Source: an uncultured Gemmatimonadales bacterium
Lineage (GTDB): Bacteria > Gemmatimonadota > Gemmatimonadetes > Palauibacterales > Palauibacteraceae
Direction: 5' to 3'
Length of the DNA stretch: 64,000 nucleotides
Assembly (NCBI GenBank): GCA_963783385.1
Contig: CAWANJ010000009.1
Span: 544,001-608,000 of the forward strand
Part shown: one piece after another, positions 50,544 through 60,892 of the stretch
Layout: each line of letters begins with the position of its first letter
How positions within the stretch are numbered: the first letter of the stretch is position 1
Program-made: the position numbers and the translations under genes
The notes under the pieces: model-generated
Told to the model about the DNA's origin: nothing
What the model saw: only the letters and a program-made list of their open reading frames with translations
Database searches by the model: none

Positions 50544-51494
50544 TCACGCGACGGACTCCGGGACGATCTCGGTCCCGGACTCCCCGGCCAGCGCCCGCCT
50601 GGCGTGCCGGAGCTCGGCGATGACCGACCGCCGCCCCCCGCGCTCCACGAACTCGACCGCGGCCCGGACCTTCGGCGCCATGCTCCCCTGCCCCAGCTCG
50701 CCGCTCTCGAGGAGGCGGCGGGCGGCGGGGGGCGTCAGCCGGTCGATGGGGCGTGCATCGGGCGTGCCGTAGTCGCGGTACACGGCGTCCACGTCGGTGA
50801 GCACCAGCAGGATGCTCGCCCCGATCTGCGTGGCGAGGAGCGCCGCGGCGAGGTCCTTGTCGATGACCACGTCCAGGCCCTCGAGGCCGAGATGGGGGTC
50901 CCGGTACACGGGGATCCCGCCCCCACCCGCCGCGACGACGATGTTCCCTCTGCCGACCAGCTCCGACACGATCGGGGCCTCGACGATGCGCAGGGGCGCT
51001 GGGCTCGGAACGCGGCGGCGCAGACGACCCCGGTCGTCCCGGTCCACCGTGAAGCCGTCGGCCTCGAGCGCCGAGACCTCCCCTTCCATCACGGGCCGGC
51101 CCACGAACTTGCGCGGCTCGCGGGCGCCGGGCCGCTCCGGGTCCACCTCGACCTGGGTGACCAGGGTCACCACGCGGCGGTCGCATCCCGCGCGCTCAAG
51201 GGCGTTCTCCAGCGACTGCTGGATCATGTACCCGATCCAGCCCGCCGTTGCCGCCACCAGCACGCCGAGCGGCAGGGGGCTCACGGCCGCCCGGGCCTTC
51301 TCGCCCCGGAGGAGCTCGTCGCCCACCTGGGGCCCGTTCCCGTGGACGATGGCCACGTTCCACCCCTCGAGGACGAAGTCCACGATCGGGGCGAGGCTCT
51401 CGCGGGTGTGGCGGAACTGGTTGGCCGCCGTGGCCGGCTCGCTGGAGGGCGACAGCGCGTTCCCGCCGATCGCCACCACGACGCTGCGCGTCAA
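50544..51494 (-). CDS. arcC: Carbamate kinase
   Basis: VAIGGNAL, HGNGPQVG, IGYMIQQ, RRRVPSP.P, GGGGIPV, VIDKD, GSMAPKV. TTG start overlaps the UPF0182 stop. Confidence 0.93.
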   Translation of the reverse strand: MTRSVVVAIGGNALSPSSEPATAANQFRHTRESLAPIVDFVLEGWNVAIVHGNGPQVGDELLRGEKARAAVSPLPLGVLVAATAGWIGYMIQQSLENALERAGCDRRVVTLVTQVEVDPERPGAREPRKFVGRPVMEGEVSALEADGFTVDRDDRGRLRRRVPSPAPLRIVEAPIVSELVGRGNIVVAAGGGGIPVYRDPHLGLEGLDVVIDKDLAAALLATQIGASILLVLTDVDAVYRDYGTPDARPIDRLTPPAARRLLESGELGQGSMAPKVRAAVEFVERGGRRSVIAELRHARRALAGESGTEIVPESVA

Positions 51495-54265
51495 GAGCCG
51501 CCCCCGGAGGCGGTGTCCCGGGCTCCGGCCGTCGAGCGGATTCGCTCCCACAGCGTGCCGAACCGTACCAGGTCCCCGGCCCGCAGGGCCCGGTCGGCGG
51601 AATCCAGCAGCAACCGAAGGGAGCGCAGCGTCGGCGGGGGTGGCGCGGCCGCTGCCTCGCCCTGGCCCTGCGCTCCCGGCAACGGCCCCACGGGCTCGGC
51701 CGCCTGACCGGACAGGAGGCGCTCCAGCGCGCCGTCCAGCGTGGTGGCCATGGTCACCCCGGCCCCCGTGGCCGCGATGACCCGCTTGAGTCCCGGCGCC
51801 GCACCCTCGCGATCCTCGGCCTCGAGGAACAGCGGCTCCACGTAGAGGAGGAACCCGCGCACCGGGAGGAGGAGGAGATGCCCCCGGATCGCGCGCGAGC
51901 CCCGCTGACGCCACAGGGAGAGCTGCTGGGAGATGATCGGGTCCTGGTCGATCTGGACCTCGATCTGGCGCGGGCCGAACACCTGCTGCCGGCTCGAGAT
52001 GTCGAACAGCCACAGCTCCCCGTAGTGGGAACCGTCGTTCCGCGCCAGCAGGAAGGCGCTCAGGTTGTCCCGGCTGCGGGGCGTGAACGGCACCGTGAGC
52101 AGGAACTCGGGGTCGCGGCCGCTGGCCGCCGTGTCCATGGACGCCGAGTCCGACGCCGTCCCGGTCCCGCCGGCCCCGGTCGTGTCCGGGAAAGGCATGA
52201 GCAGGAAGTACGGCTCCACCGGCGCCGGGGTGTCCTCGTACACCTCCTGCCCGATGCTCCACAGGTCCTGCTTCCTGTAGAAGTCCACGGGATCGGTCAT
52301 GTGATACGCCTGGAGGACCCGCGCCTGCGCGCCGAACAGCGCCCTCGGATACCGGATGTGCGAGCGCACATCGGCCGGCATGGCGGACAGGGGTGCGAAC
52401 AGCCCGGGGAAGACGCCCCGGTAGGCCGCCAGGAACGGGTCGCGAGGGCGCATGACGTACAGCGATACCTCTCCCGTCACTCCATCGACCACCGCCTTGA
52501 CGGACGGACGGACATAGCGCACCTGCCGACCACGGAGTGACGACGGCGCGGAGAGCGGAAAGCGGCTCGCCGCCGAGTACACGTCCAGGATCCACACGAT
52601 GCGCCCGTCGTGGATGACCGGGTGGGGATCGGCGTCCACGAACAGGAAAGGCACGAGCGCTCGTACCCGCTGGACCACCTGCCGCCGCCACAGGAGCAGC
52701 GTGCCCTGGGGTCCCGGCGACCGCAGGAGGAGGTTCTTGGAATCGAGCGCGAGGGCGAGGAGAGCCCGCCGCACGAGGCCTCCCACCGGCACCCCGGCGG
52801 GCCGGCCGGCCGACGGGATCGAGTCCGGGGGTACGAGCACGTACGGGGTGGTGAGCTCGCCGAAGTAGGTGCGCGGCTCGCGCACGGCGAGCGAGGACGG
52901 AGCCCCGGGCGCCAGCGTGGGCGGCAGGTCCCGGACCAGGTAGTCCGGCTCGCCGCCCGTGGATGCCCGGTCCACCGCCGTGACCACGATGCCCTGACCG
53001 TGCGAGTACCGCAGGTGGAGGTTCTGCCACGTGCGCGCCGACGGGGCGAGCCGCGCTGGATCGAACTCGCGTACCCCCACCGCCACCTGCTGGCGGTCGT
53101 CCCCGCGGCCGTAACGGTCGGCGTCCACGTCCGGGAAGGTGTGGTAGGCCAGCAGCCCCTGGAGCTGGTCGAACGTGGCCTGCAGGGGTCGCTCGTCCCA
53201 CAGCGGTAGACTGGAGGCGAAGCGCTTCACGACGGAGGTGGGCGGAGCCTTCCCGGTGAGCGGGTATCCCACCCGGTGGACGCTGTCCAGGAGGAAGCCC
53301 CGCCGGGTGGCCGCGATGCGGTAGGCCAGATACGGCCGCTCCACCTCGAGCTCGTTGGGCTCCACCTTGAGGCGCTGCACCAGGTCCGGATACAGGACGA
53401 GCCCCGCCGCCCAGCCGACGGCCAGCAGCCCCCCGGCCCAGGTCAGGAGCTTCCAGCGGCCGGTGCGCTCGGCCACCACGAGTGCTCCAGCGGCCACGAG
53501 CGCGAGGACCGCCACCAGGCGCCGCGCCGGAATGTCACCGTGTACCTGTGCGTAGCTCACCGGCCCGGCCGCCACGGTCTCGAACACGGACAGTCCGAAG
53601 TGGACGGCCACCAGGACCAGGATCGCCGTCCCGACCCACGCGAGCCGGCGGCGGGCGAACGCGTCCACGTGCACGCCGCTCCCCGTGGGCCTGATGCGAC
53701 CGGTGAGCAGGAGGAGCGACGCGGATCCGATGGCCACCCAGGTCACGATCGAGACCAGGACGGACCACACGGATTCCAGCACCGGCAGGTAGAACACGTA
53801 GAAGCGCGGGTCGTGGCCGAGCACGGGGTCGGGGCCGCCCCAGGGGGGCGCGTGGCTCGCCACGAGGACCTGCTCGGCCAGCCCACGGCCGAACGGAAGC
53901 GCCACCAGCACGCCCGCCCCGATCGCCGCGCCCACCACGGCCAGCTGGACCCAATGCTCCGGCAGGGCCTCGGCGATCTCGAGGTCCCCCAGGCGGCGGC
54001 GAATCCGGATGGGGCCGCCGCTGTGGGCCGTGCCGCGCAGGGAGCTCCACAGGATCCCGGCCGTGAGCAGGAAGAGGACGACCCACGCCACCACCGTGGC
54101 GATTTCGAGGGTCCAGAATCGGTCGGCATAGCCCAAAGCGCCGAACCAGGCGGCATCGGCGTAGAAGCGCGCCGCCTCCCCGACGAGGAGGAAGACGGCG
54201 AGCACCGCGGCGGCCGAGACCGCCAGCCGGAGCGTCCTAGCCGGTCGCATCGGCGCCCGTACCAT
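51491..54265 (-). CDS. UPF0182 family membrane protein
   Basis: WF..LGY, FYVFYLP, V.PNEL..E.PY, DADRY, HLRYSHG.G, YFGE, HIRYP..LF..Q...YHMTDP..FY, GP.Q, YVEPLF. Confidence 0.92.
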   Translation of the reverse strand: MVRAPMRPARTLRLAVSAAAVLAVFLLVGEAARFYADAAWFGALGYADRFWTLEIATVVAWVVLFLLTAGILWSSLRGTAHSGGPIRIRRRLGDLEIAEALPEHWVQLAVVGAAIGAGVLVALPFGRGLAEQVLVASHAPPWGGPDPVLGHDPRFYVFYLPVLESVWSVLVSIVTWVAIGSASLLLLTGRIRPTGSGVHVDAFARRRLAWVGTAILVLVAVHFGLSVFETVAAGPVSYAQVHGDIPARRLVAVLALVAAGALVVAERTGRWKLLTWAGGLLAVGWAAGLVLYPDLVQRLKVEPNELEVERPYLAYRIAATRRGFLLDSVHRVGYPLTGKAPPTSVVKRFASSLPLWDERPLQATFDQLQGLLAYHTFPDVDADRYGRGDDRQQVAVGVREFDPARLAPSARTWQNLHLRYSHGQGIVVTAVDRASTGGEPDYLVRDLPPTLAPGAPSSLAVREPRTYFGELTTPYVLVPPDSIPSAGRPAGVPVGGLVRRALLALALDSKNLLLRSPGPQGTLLLWRRQVVQRVRALVPFLFVDADPHPVIHDGRIVWILDVYSAASRFPLSAPSSLRGRQVRYVRPSVKAVVDGVTGEVSLYVMRPRDPFLAAYRGVFPGLFAPLSAMPADVRSHIRYPRALFGAQARVLQAYHMTDPVDFYRKQDLWSIGQEVYEDTPAPVEPYFLLMPFPDTTGAGGTGTASDSASMDTAASGRDPEFLLTVPFTPRSRDNLSAFLLARNDGSHYGELWLFDISSRQQVFGPRQIEVQIDQDPIISQQLSLWRQRGSRAIRGHLLLLPVRGFLLYVEPLFLEAEDREGAAPGLKRVIAATGAGVTMATTLDGALERLLSGQAAEPVGPLPGAQGQGEAAAAPPPPTLRSLRLLLDSADRALRAGDLVRFGTLWERIRSTAGARDTASGGGS

Positions 54266-55628
54266 CCCGAAGCGGGGGAACCTCCAGGCCTTCCTCCTCC
54301 AGCACTCGTCCCACCTCGTCGTGAATGGCGGCCAGTCCGTCCGCGGATTCCGCCTCGAAGCGGACGACCACCACCGGCTGCGTGTTGCTCGCTCTCACCA
54401 GGGCCCACCCCTCCCCGAAGTCGATACGGGCTCCGTCCAGGTCGAACACCTCCCGCTCGCCTCTGAACCTGTGAGCCACTCGCTCGACCACCTGGAACTT
54501 ACGCTCTTCCGGGCAGTCCAGCCGGAGCTCGGGCGTCGAGGGGTAGTCGGGGATGCGGGCGGCGAGCTCGTCGACCGAGCGGCCCCGACGGGCCACGATG
54601 GCGGCGAGCCGCGCCGCCGCGTAGATCGCATCGTCAAAGCCGAAGTAATTGTCAGCAAAACAAATGTGACCGCTCATCTCACCTGCAAGTAGAGCTGACG
54701 TTCGCCGCATCCGCTCCTTGATGAGGGAGTGGCCGGTCTTCCACATCACCGGTACGCCCCCCTCCGCCCGGATGAGCTCCGGCAGGGCCTTGGAGCACTT
54801 CACGTCGAAGATGACCTCGGCGCCCGGGCGCCGCTCCAGCAGGTCGAGCGCGAACAGGAGGAGGAGGTGGTCACCGCGCACGATGCGGCCCGTCTCGGTG
54901 ACCACGCCGATCCGGTCCGCGTCCCCGTCCAGGCCCACCCCGAAGCCCTCGCCGCGGTCACGCACTCGGGCGATCAGGTCCAGCACGTTCTCGTCGACCG
55001 TCGGATCGGGATGGTGGTTTGGAAACCGTCCGTCCGACTCGCAGTAGAGGGGATCCACGCGCGCCCCCGCCGCCTCGAGGGCCCGCGGCGCCACCACGCT
55101 CCCGGTTCCGTTGCCGCAATCGAGGGTGAGCGCCGTGGGCGGGGAGATCGGAGCCCGCTGCGCGATCACTTCCACGTAACGGTCCAGGATCTCCACGCGC
55201 TCGGTGCGTCCATCCCCGTCGGCGAAATCGTCTGTCTCGATCCGACCCCTGAGCTCCTGAATGTCGTCGCCGTACAGGGCTTCGCCTCCGACGACCATCT
55301 TGAGGCCGTTGTACTCCGGCGGATTGTGCGAGCCCGTGATCTGGATGGCGCCCTCCACCTGCAGGACCCGCTCCGCGAAGTACAGGGCCGGCGTGGGGAC
55401 GGTGCCCAGGAAGCGGACGTCGACGCCCGATCGTTCGAGCCCGTCGCACAGGGCCGCCGCCAGGTCGGGCGAGCTCAGCCGGTTGTCGTGACCCACCGCC
55501 ACGCACGCGCCCGGTCCGAGCCTCGTGGCGAACGCGCGGCCGACGGCCCGGGCCACGTCGAGGGTCAGGTCCTCGCCGACTACGCCGCGGATGTCGTACT
55601 CACGGAAGATCCAGTCGGGGACCTGCAT
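54237..55628 (-). CDS. Phosphomannomutase/phosphoglucomutase
   Basis: FREYDIRG, TGSHNPPEYNG, DGDADR, GEMSGH, LVRASNTQP. Confidence 0.95.
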   Translation of the reverse strand: MQVPDWIFREYDIRGVVGEDLTLDVARAVGRAFATRLGPGACVAVGHDNRLSSPDLAAALCDGLERSGVDVRFLGTVPTPALYFAERVLQVEGAIQITGSHNPPEYNGLKMVVGGEALYGDDIQELRGRIETDDFADGDGRTERVEILDRYVEVIAQRAPISPPTALTLDCGNGTGSVVAPRALEAAGARVDPLYCESDGRFPNHHPDPTVDENVLDLIARVRDRGEGFGVGLDGDADRIGVVTETGRIVRGDHLLLLFALDLLERRPGAEVIFDVKCSKALPELIRAEGGVPVMWKTGHSLIKERMRRTSALLAGEMSGHICFADNYFGFDDAIYAAARLAAIVARRGRSVDELAARIPDYPSTPELRLDCPEERKFQVVERVAHRFRGEREVFDLDGARIDFGEGWALVRASNTQPVVVVRFEAESADGLAAIHDEVGRVLEEEGLEVPPLRDGTGADATG

Positions 55629-55711
55629 GTTCACCTCGATGGAGGAGCGGGACCGTGCGTTCGTGGAGGGAGGGCGCTCGCGGCCCTTCGGAAGGCTCGC
55701 CGGGGCGGCTC

Positions 55712-57292
55712 CTACTCCTGCGCCGCGGCCGCGGCTCGCCGCGGGTGCGCTCCCGGCTTCGCTTCCTGCCGGGCTCCGGGCGCCGTCGATGCGACCGATT
55801 CGGCGGCCGACGGGGCCGAGGCCCCGGTCAGCCCGGCGCTGCCCGCCGCGTTCACGGCCGGTCCGGGCACGAGGCCGGCGACCAGGATGCCCGCCACGCA
55901 CACGACGGCCCCGAAGCGGAAGGCCCGCCCGGTGACGTCCGGCTCGGGCACGTCGGCAGGCGCGTCCTCGAAGTACATCTTCCACACGACCCGGAGGTAG
56001 TAGTAGTAGGCCACCAGGCTGGTGAGGACGAGGATCACGGCCAGGCCCGACTGGTGGGCGCCGACCGCGGCTCGCAGCAGGTAGAGCTTACCCACGAAGC
56101 CGCCCGTGGGCGGGAACCCGGCCAGCGACAGCAGGAAGATCCCCAGCGCTCCGGCGAGCCAGGGCCGGCGCCAGCCCAGGCCGCGGAAATCGGCGAGGTG
56201 GGAGTGTCGGTCACCCTTCCCCGCCACCACGTAGACGACCGCGAAGGCACCCACGGTCATCAGCGTGTAGACCACCAGGTAGAACAGCGCCGCTCCGCGG
56301 CCCAGGGGGCCGCCGGCGGCGACCCCCACCAGGAGGTAGCCGGCGTGCGCCACCGAGCTGTAGGCGAGCATCCGCTTCACGTCATCCTGGACCAGCGCCA
56401 CCAGATTGGGCACGGCCATCGTCAACACGGCCAGCCACCAGATCGTCCCGTGCCAGAATCCCTGGACACTGCCCAGGCTCACCCACAGGACGCGGAACAG
56501 GGCCAGCATCGCCGCGGCCTTCACCCCCGAGGCCATGTACCCGGTCACCGGAGTCGGAGCGCCCTGGTAGGCGTCGGGCGCCCAGGCGTGGAAGGGGACG
56601 GCCGACACCTTGAATCCGAAGCCGATCAGCAGAAGCCCCGCGCCGCCCGCGGTGAGCAACCCAGGATGACCGTGCGAGAGCACCGAGGCCATGCGAACCA
56701 GGTGTGTGGTCCCGGTAGCCCCGTACAGGAGCGCGATGCCATAGATGAAGAACGCGCTCGCGAAGGCCCCGATGAGGAAGTACTTGAGTCCCGCCTCGGC
56801 CGAGCGTGGGTCCTGCCGGTTGAAGGCGGTGAGAACGTAGACCGAGATCGACATCATCTCGAGCCCCAGGAAGATGAGGACCAGATCCTGGGCGCCCGAC
56901 AGCACCATCATGCCCACGCTGGCCAGCAGCACGAGGGCATAGAACTCTCCGATCTCCAGCCCCTCCCGCTTCAGATAGTCGAACGAGAACAGGAGCCCGA
57001 GCAGCGTCGCGCCGAGGATGATGAAGTTGGCCAGCACGCGGAAGCCGTCCAGCGCGACGAGAGCGTCCGGGCCGGCCGGACCGAGCGGGATCAGGGTCAG
57101 GTTGGCCGCCGCCGCCAGCAGCACGCCGATCACGGACAGCCACCGCACGCTCGGCCGGCTCGGTCCCCGGTGCTCGCCTCGCTGGAACACGTCCACCAGC
57201 AGCACCACGACGGCCGATACCGTCAGCACGATCTCCGGGAGGAGCGTCCTCAGGAAACCGACCTGGCCCGCCACGTCCGCCGCTCCGCTCAC
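55712..57292 (-). CDS. nuoN: NADH-quinone oxidoreductase subunit N
   Basis: LPEIVL, FLGLEMMS, EAGLKYF, FKVSAVPFHAWAPDAYQGAP, KRMLAYSSVAHAGY, YYYLR. Confidence 0.96.
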   Translation of the reverse strand: MSGAADVAGQVGFLRTLLPEIVLTVSAVVVLLVDVFQRGEHRGPSRPSVRWLSVIGVLLAAAANLTLIPLGPAGPDALVALDGFRVLANFIILGATLLGLLFSFDYLKREGLEIGEFYALVLLASVGMMVLSGAQDLVLIFLGLEMMSISVYVLTAFNRQDPRSAEAGLKYFLIGAFASAFFIYGIALLYGATGTTHLVRMASVLSHGHPGLLTAGGAGLLLIGFGFKVSAVPFHAWAPDAYQGAPTPVTGYMASGVKAAAMLALFRVLWVSLGSVQGFWHGTIWWLAVLTMAVPNLVALVQDDVKRMLAYSSVAHAGYLLVGVAAGGPLGRGAALFYLVVYTLMTVGAFAVVYVVAGKGDRHSHLADFRGLGWRRPWLAGALGIFLLSLAGFPPTGGFVGKLYLLRAAVGAHQSGLAVILVLTSLVAYYYYLRVVWKMYFEDAPADVPEPDVTGRAFRFGAVVCVAGILVAGLVPGPAVNAAGSAGLTGASAPSAAESVASTAPGARQEAKPGAHPRRAAAAAQE

Positions 57293-58905
57293 GACCCGCG
57301 CTCCGGGGCCGGCGCGGGCGCGACCGGTGCGACGGCGGAGGCGGTCGCCGCGTACGCCTCGCTCCCCAGGCGCACGCCCGGCGGGAGGGCACGCTCCGCC
57401 CGTGCCGTGGGGGTCGACGGGAGCATGTCGACTCGCTGCAGGACACGGTCGACGGCCGGGGCCAGCCGGTCGAGGAAGGGCTTCGGATACACGCCGATCA
57501 GCAGGATGAGCGCCAGGAGGGGCACGAGGATGGCGCGCTCCCGTCCACCCAGGTCTTCGAGCTCGCGGTTCTCCTGCCGGTCCAGCGGGTTCAGGATCAA
57601 CCGCTGCACCATGGGCAGCATGTAGCAGGCGGCGAAGATCACCCCGGTGGTCGCGATCAGCGTAGCCAGCGGGTGGGTCCGGAAGGTGCCGACCAGGATC
57701 AGGAACTCGCCCACGAACCCGTTGGTCCCCGGGAGCCCGATCGAGCTCAGCGCCACGACGACCAGACACACCGCGAATACCGGCATCACCTTCGCGAGGC
57801 CGCCGAAGTCGGCGATGGCCCGCGTATGCCGGCGCTCGTACAGCATGCCGATGAGGAGGAAGAGCGCTCCCGTGGAGATGCCGTGGTTGACCATCTGGAG
57901 GATGCCGCCCTGGAGGCCCTCGGCCGTGAACCCGAACACGCCGAGCATGACGAAGCCCAGGTGGGCCACGGACGTATAGGCGACCAGCTTCTTGGCGTCC
58001 GGCTGCACCGCGGCCACCCAGGCCGCGTACAGGATCCCGATCACCGCCAGCGTCACGAACAGCCCCACCACGGCGTGGCTCGTAGCCGCCTTCGGGAACA
58101 GCGGAATCCCGAACCGGAGGAAGCCGTAGGTCCCCATCTTCAGGAGGATACCGGCCAGCACCACCGAGCCCGCCGTGGGCGCCTCCGTGTGAGCGTCGGG
58201 CAGCCACGTGTGCAGCGGGAACATCGGGACCTTGATCGCGAAGGCCAGCGCGAAGGCCGCGAACAGCCAGAACTGGAGCGGTCTCGCGATCGGCGTGTTC
58301 AGCAGCGCCCCGTAGGCGAACGTGACCGTCCCCGAGCTCCTCCAGTGCAGGTACACCAGGCCGGCGATCGCCACCAGCATGAGGAGCGAGCCCACGGTCG
58401 TGTATAGGAAGAACTTGATCGCCGCGTAGAGCCGCCGCTCCCCGCCCCAGATCCCGATGATGAAGTACATCGGGACCAGCATGAGCTCCCAGAACACATA
58501 GAACAGGAACATGTCCAGGGCCATGAACACGCCCAGCATCCCGGTCGTGAGGACCAGCATGCTGGCGTAGTAGGCGGGCCGGTGGCGGTCAATGTAGCGG
58601 AAGGAGCCGGCCACGGCGAGGGGCATGATCACCACCGTGAGCAGCACCATGAGCAGGGAGATCCCGTCGATCCCGACGCGGTAGCCGATCCCCCAGGCCC
58701 CGATCCAGGGCACCGACACCGAGTTCTGGAAGCTTCCCGCCCCGATGCGGAACGTCCAGAACAGGGGCAGCGCCAGGGCCGCCTCCAGCACCGTGGTCCA
58801 CAGGGCCACCCGGCCGGCGCGCTCGCCCGACACGCCGAGGCAGGCGACCGCCCCCGCGAGGGGAATCGCCAGCAGGCACGTCAGGATCCAGTGCGAATGG
58901 TACAT
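57289..58905 (-). CDS. nuoM: NADH-quinone oxidoreductase subunit M
   Basis: DGISL, FYVFWELML.P, KVPMFPLHTWLPDAHTEAP, NHG, GLPGTNGFVGE. Confidence 0.97.
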   Translation of the reverse strand: MYHSHWILTCLLAIPLAGAVACLGVSGERAGRVALWTTVLEAALALPLFWTFRIGAGSFQNSVSVPWIGAWGIGYRVGIDGISLLMVLLTVVIMPLAVAGSFRYIDRHRPAYYASMLVLTTGMLGVFMALDMFLFYVFWELMLVPMYFIIGIWGGERRLYAAIKFFLYTTVGSLLMLVAIAGLVYLHWRSSGTVTFAYGALLNTPIARPLQFWLFAAFALAFAIKVPMFPLHTWLPDAHTEAPTAGSVVLAGILLKMGTYGFLRFGIPLFPKAATSHAVVGLFVTLAVIGILYAAWVAAVQPDAKKLVAYTSVAHLGFVMLGVFGFTAEGLQGGILQMVNHGISTGALFLLIGMLYERRHTRAIADFGGLAKVMPVFAVCLVVVALSSIGLPGTNGFVGEFLILVGTFRTHPLATLIATTGVIFAACYMLPMVQRLILNPLDRQENRELEDLGGRERAILVPLLALILLIGVYPKPFLDRLAPAVDRVLQRVDMLPSTPTARAERALPPGVRLGSEAYAATASAVAPVAPAPAPERGS

Positions 58906-58906
58906 C

Positions 58907-60892
58907 CTAGAAGGCCACCGTTCCGAGGATGACCAGCACGCCGACCATGAACAGGAGCAGGTAGGCCCCCAGCCGGCCCGACTGGAGCTGGCTCCCCACC
59001 CAGCCCACCGCCCGGGCTCCCGAGGCCAGCCTGTTCACCGTGCCATCGATGAGCCCGTCGTCCACGATCTTCCAGCACCCCCTCCACAGGGCCATGAGAG
59101 GGCGGACGATGAGCCGGTCGTAGAGCTCGTCCACGTACCACTTGCGGTACAGGACGAGCGACAGCCCGGTGGGCTCGGGGGCCTCCGCCGCCGTCCGGTA
59201 GTGGCGGCGCACCACGGCGAGGAAGATCCACGCGACCACGGCCAGGGCCACTACCGTCGAGATCAGGCCCCAGGTGAGCTCGCCCCCGCCCAGCGGAGCC
59301 GCCGTCGCCGCGGCGCCGCCGTGCGCGGCCATCACGTGATGAGCCGGCTCGAACACGGGGTCCAGCCAGCCCTCGAGTGCGTTGACGTGCGGAAGGGGCA
59401 GCGACTCCGGAATCTGGATCCAGCCGCCCACCAGCGACAGGACCCCGAGCACGACCAGCGGCACCGCCATGGCCAGCGGGGCGCCGTGCAGGTGGCCGCG
59501 GGCGTCTTCCCCGGTGCGGTTCTCGCCCCCGTGGAAGGTGAGCGCCATGAGGCGCGCCATGTAGCCGGCCGTCAGGAAGGCGGCCACCAGCGCCACGCCC
59601 CACAGGAGCGGGTAGCCCAGCACGCCAGACTTCCAGATCACCTCGTCCTTGGAGAAGAAGCCCGCGAACGGGAACACCCCCGAGATGGCCAGGGTGGCCG
59701 ACCACATCGTGATCCAGGTGACCGGCATCCAGCGGCGCAGGTCGCCGTGGTTGCGCATGTCGTTGGGATCGCCGCCGTGCCGGCCCGCCTCGTGCCAGGC
59801 GTGCTCGACCGAGTGGATGACCGCGCCGGCTCCCAGGAAGAGGAGCGCCTTGAAGAAGGCGTGGGTCATGAGGTGGAAGATGCCCGCCGTGAAGGCTCCC
59901 ACGCCGACCGCCAGGAACATGTAGCCCAGCTGGGAGATCGTGCTGTAGGCCAGCACCTTCTTGATGTCCCACTGCTGGGTGGCGATGGTCGCGGCGAACA
60001 GGGCCGTGCCCGCGCCCACCGTGGCCACCACCGCCTGGCTCACCGGCGCCAGCGCGAACAGCACGCTGGTGCGAGCCACCAGGTACACGCCCGCCGTCAC
60101 CATCGTGGCGGCATGGATCAGGGCGGAGACCGGCGTCGGACCCGCCATGGCGTCCGGGAGCCACACGTACAGCGGGATCTGGGCCGACTTCCCCATACAC
60201 GCCAGGAACAGGAAGAGCGTGATGAGCGTGGCCCAGACGTCACCGTACTGCAGGTGTCCCGTGGCGGCCGGCAGCACCTGCGAGAAGTCCAGGCTCCCGA
60301 AGATCCCGTAGATGATGAACATGGCGACAAGGAAGCCGAAGTCGCCGATGCGGTTCACGATGAACGCCTTCTTGCCCGCGTTCGAGTAGGCCTCGTTCTC
60401 GTACCAGAAGCCGATCAGCAGGTAGGAGCACAGCCCCACGCCCTCCCAGCCCACGAACATGAGCGGGAAGCTGGCGGCCGTGACCAGGACCAGCATGAAG
60501 AACACGAACAGGTTCAGGTAGGCGAAGTACCGGTTGAAGCCCGGATCGCCCCGCATGTAGCCGATGCTGTAGATGTGGATCAGGGTGCTGACGCCGGTCA
60601 CGATCAGCATCATCACCATGGACAGCCGGTCGAACTGCAGGTCCACGCCCACGTGCAGTCCGCCCGCGGCGATCCAGGTCCACAGCGACACCACCGAGGC
60701 CGCGGTGGTCCCCGAGTCCTTCATGGCGAAGAAGTTGATCGCCACGACCACGAAGGAGGCGCCCACGGCGAGCGGACCGACCCAGCGGGCCACGCGGTGG
60801 TCCTCTCGCCACAGGAACGCACCCACGCCGTTGATGATCGCGCCCGCCAGCGGCAGCGCCAGGACCAGAGCCGGGAGAATCGGGCGGTACAT
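58907..60892 (-). CDS. nuoL: NADH-quinone oxidoreductase subunit L
   Basis: HIYSIGYM, GWEGVG, KSAQIPLYVWLPDAMAGPTPVSALIHAATMV, THAFFKA, SKDE. Confidence 0.97.
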   Translation of the reverse strand: MYRPILPALVLALPLAGAIINGVGAFLWREDHRVARWVGPLAVGASFVVVAINFFAMKDSGTTAASVVSLWTWIAAGGLHVGVDLQFDRLSMVMMLIVTGVSTLIHIYSIGYMRGDPGFNRYFAYLNLFVFFMLVLVTAASFPLMFVGWEGVGLCSYLLIGFWYENEAYSNAGKKAFIVNRIGDFGFLVAMFIIYGIFGSLDFSQVLPAATGHLQYGDVWATLITLFLFLACMGKSAQIPLYVWLPDAMAGPTPVSALIHAATMVTAGVYLVARTSVLFALAPVSQAVVATVGAGTALFAATIATQQWDIKKVLAYSTISQLGYMFLAVGVGAFTAGIFHLMTHAFFKALLFLGAGAVIHSVEHAWHEAGRHGGDPNDMRNHGDLRRWMPVTWITMWSATLAISGVFPFAGFFSKDEVIWKSGVLGYPLLWGVALVAAFLTAGYMARLMALTFHGGENRTGEDARGHLHGAPLAMAVPLVVLGVLSLVGGWIQIPESLPLPHVNALEGWLDPVFEPAHHVMAAHGGAAATAAPLGGGELTWGLISTVVALAVVAWIFLAVVRRHYRTAAEAPEPTGLSLVLYRKWYVDELYDRLIVRPLMALWRGCWKIVDDGLIDGTVNRLASGARAVGWVGSQLQSGRLGAYLLLFMVGVLVILGTVAF

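Noticed and set aside
50544-53201. 885-aa ORF suggesting a large carbamate kinase fusion (likewise the long 5' extensions of the xerD, nuoN, methyltransferase and kdsC ORFs)
   Set aside because: The extensions are low-complexity alternate-frame read-through of upstream genes. The real starts overlap the upstream stop codons.
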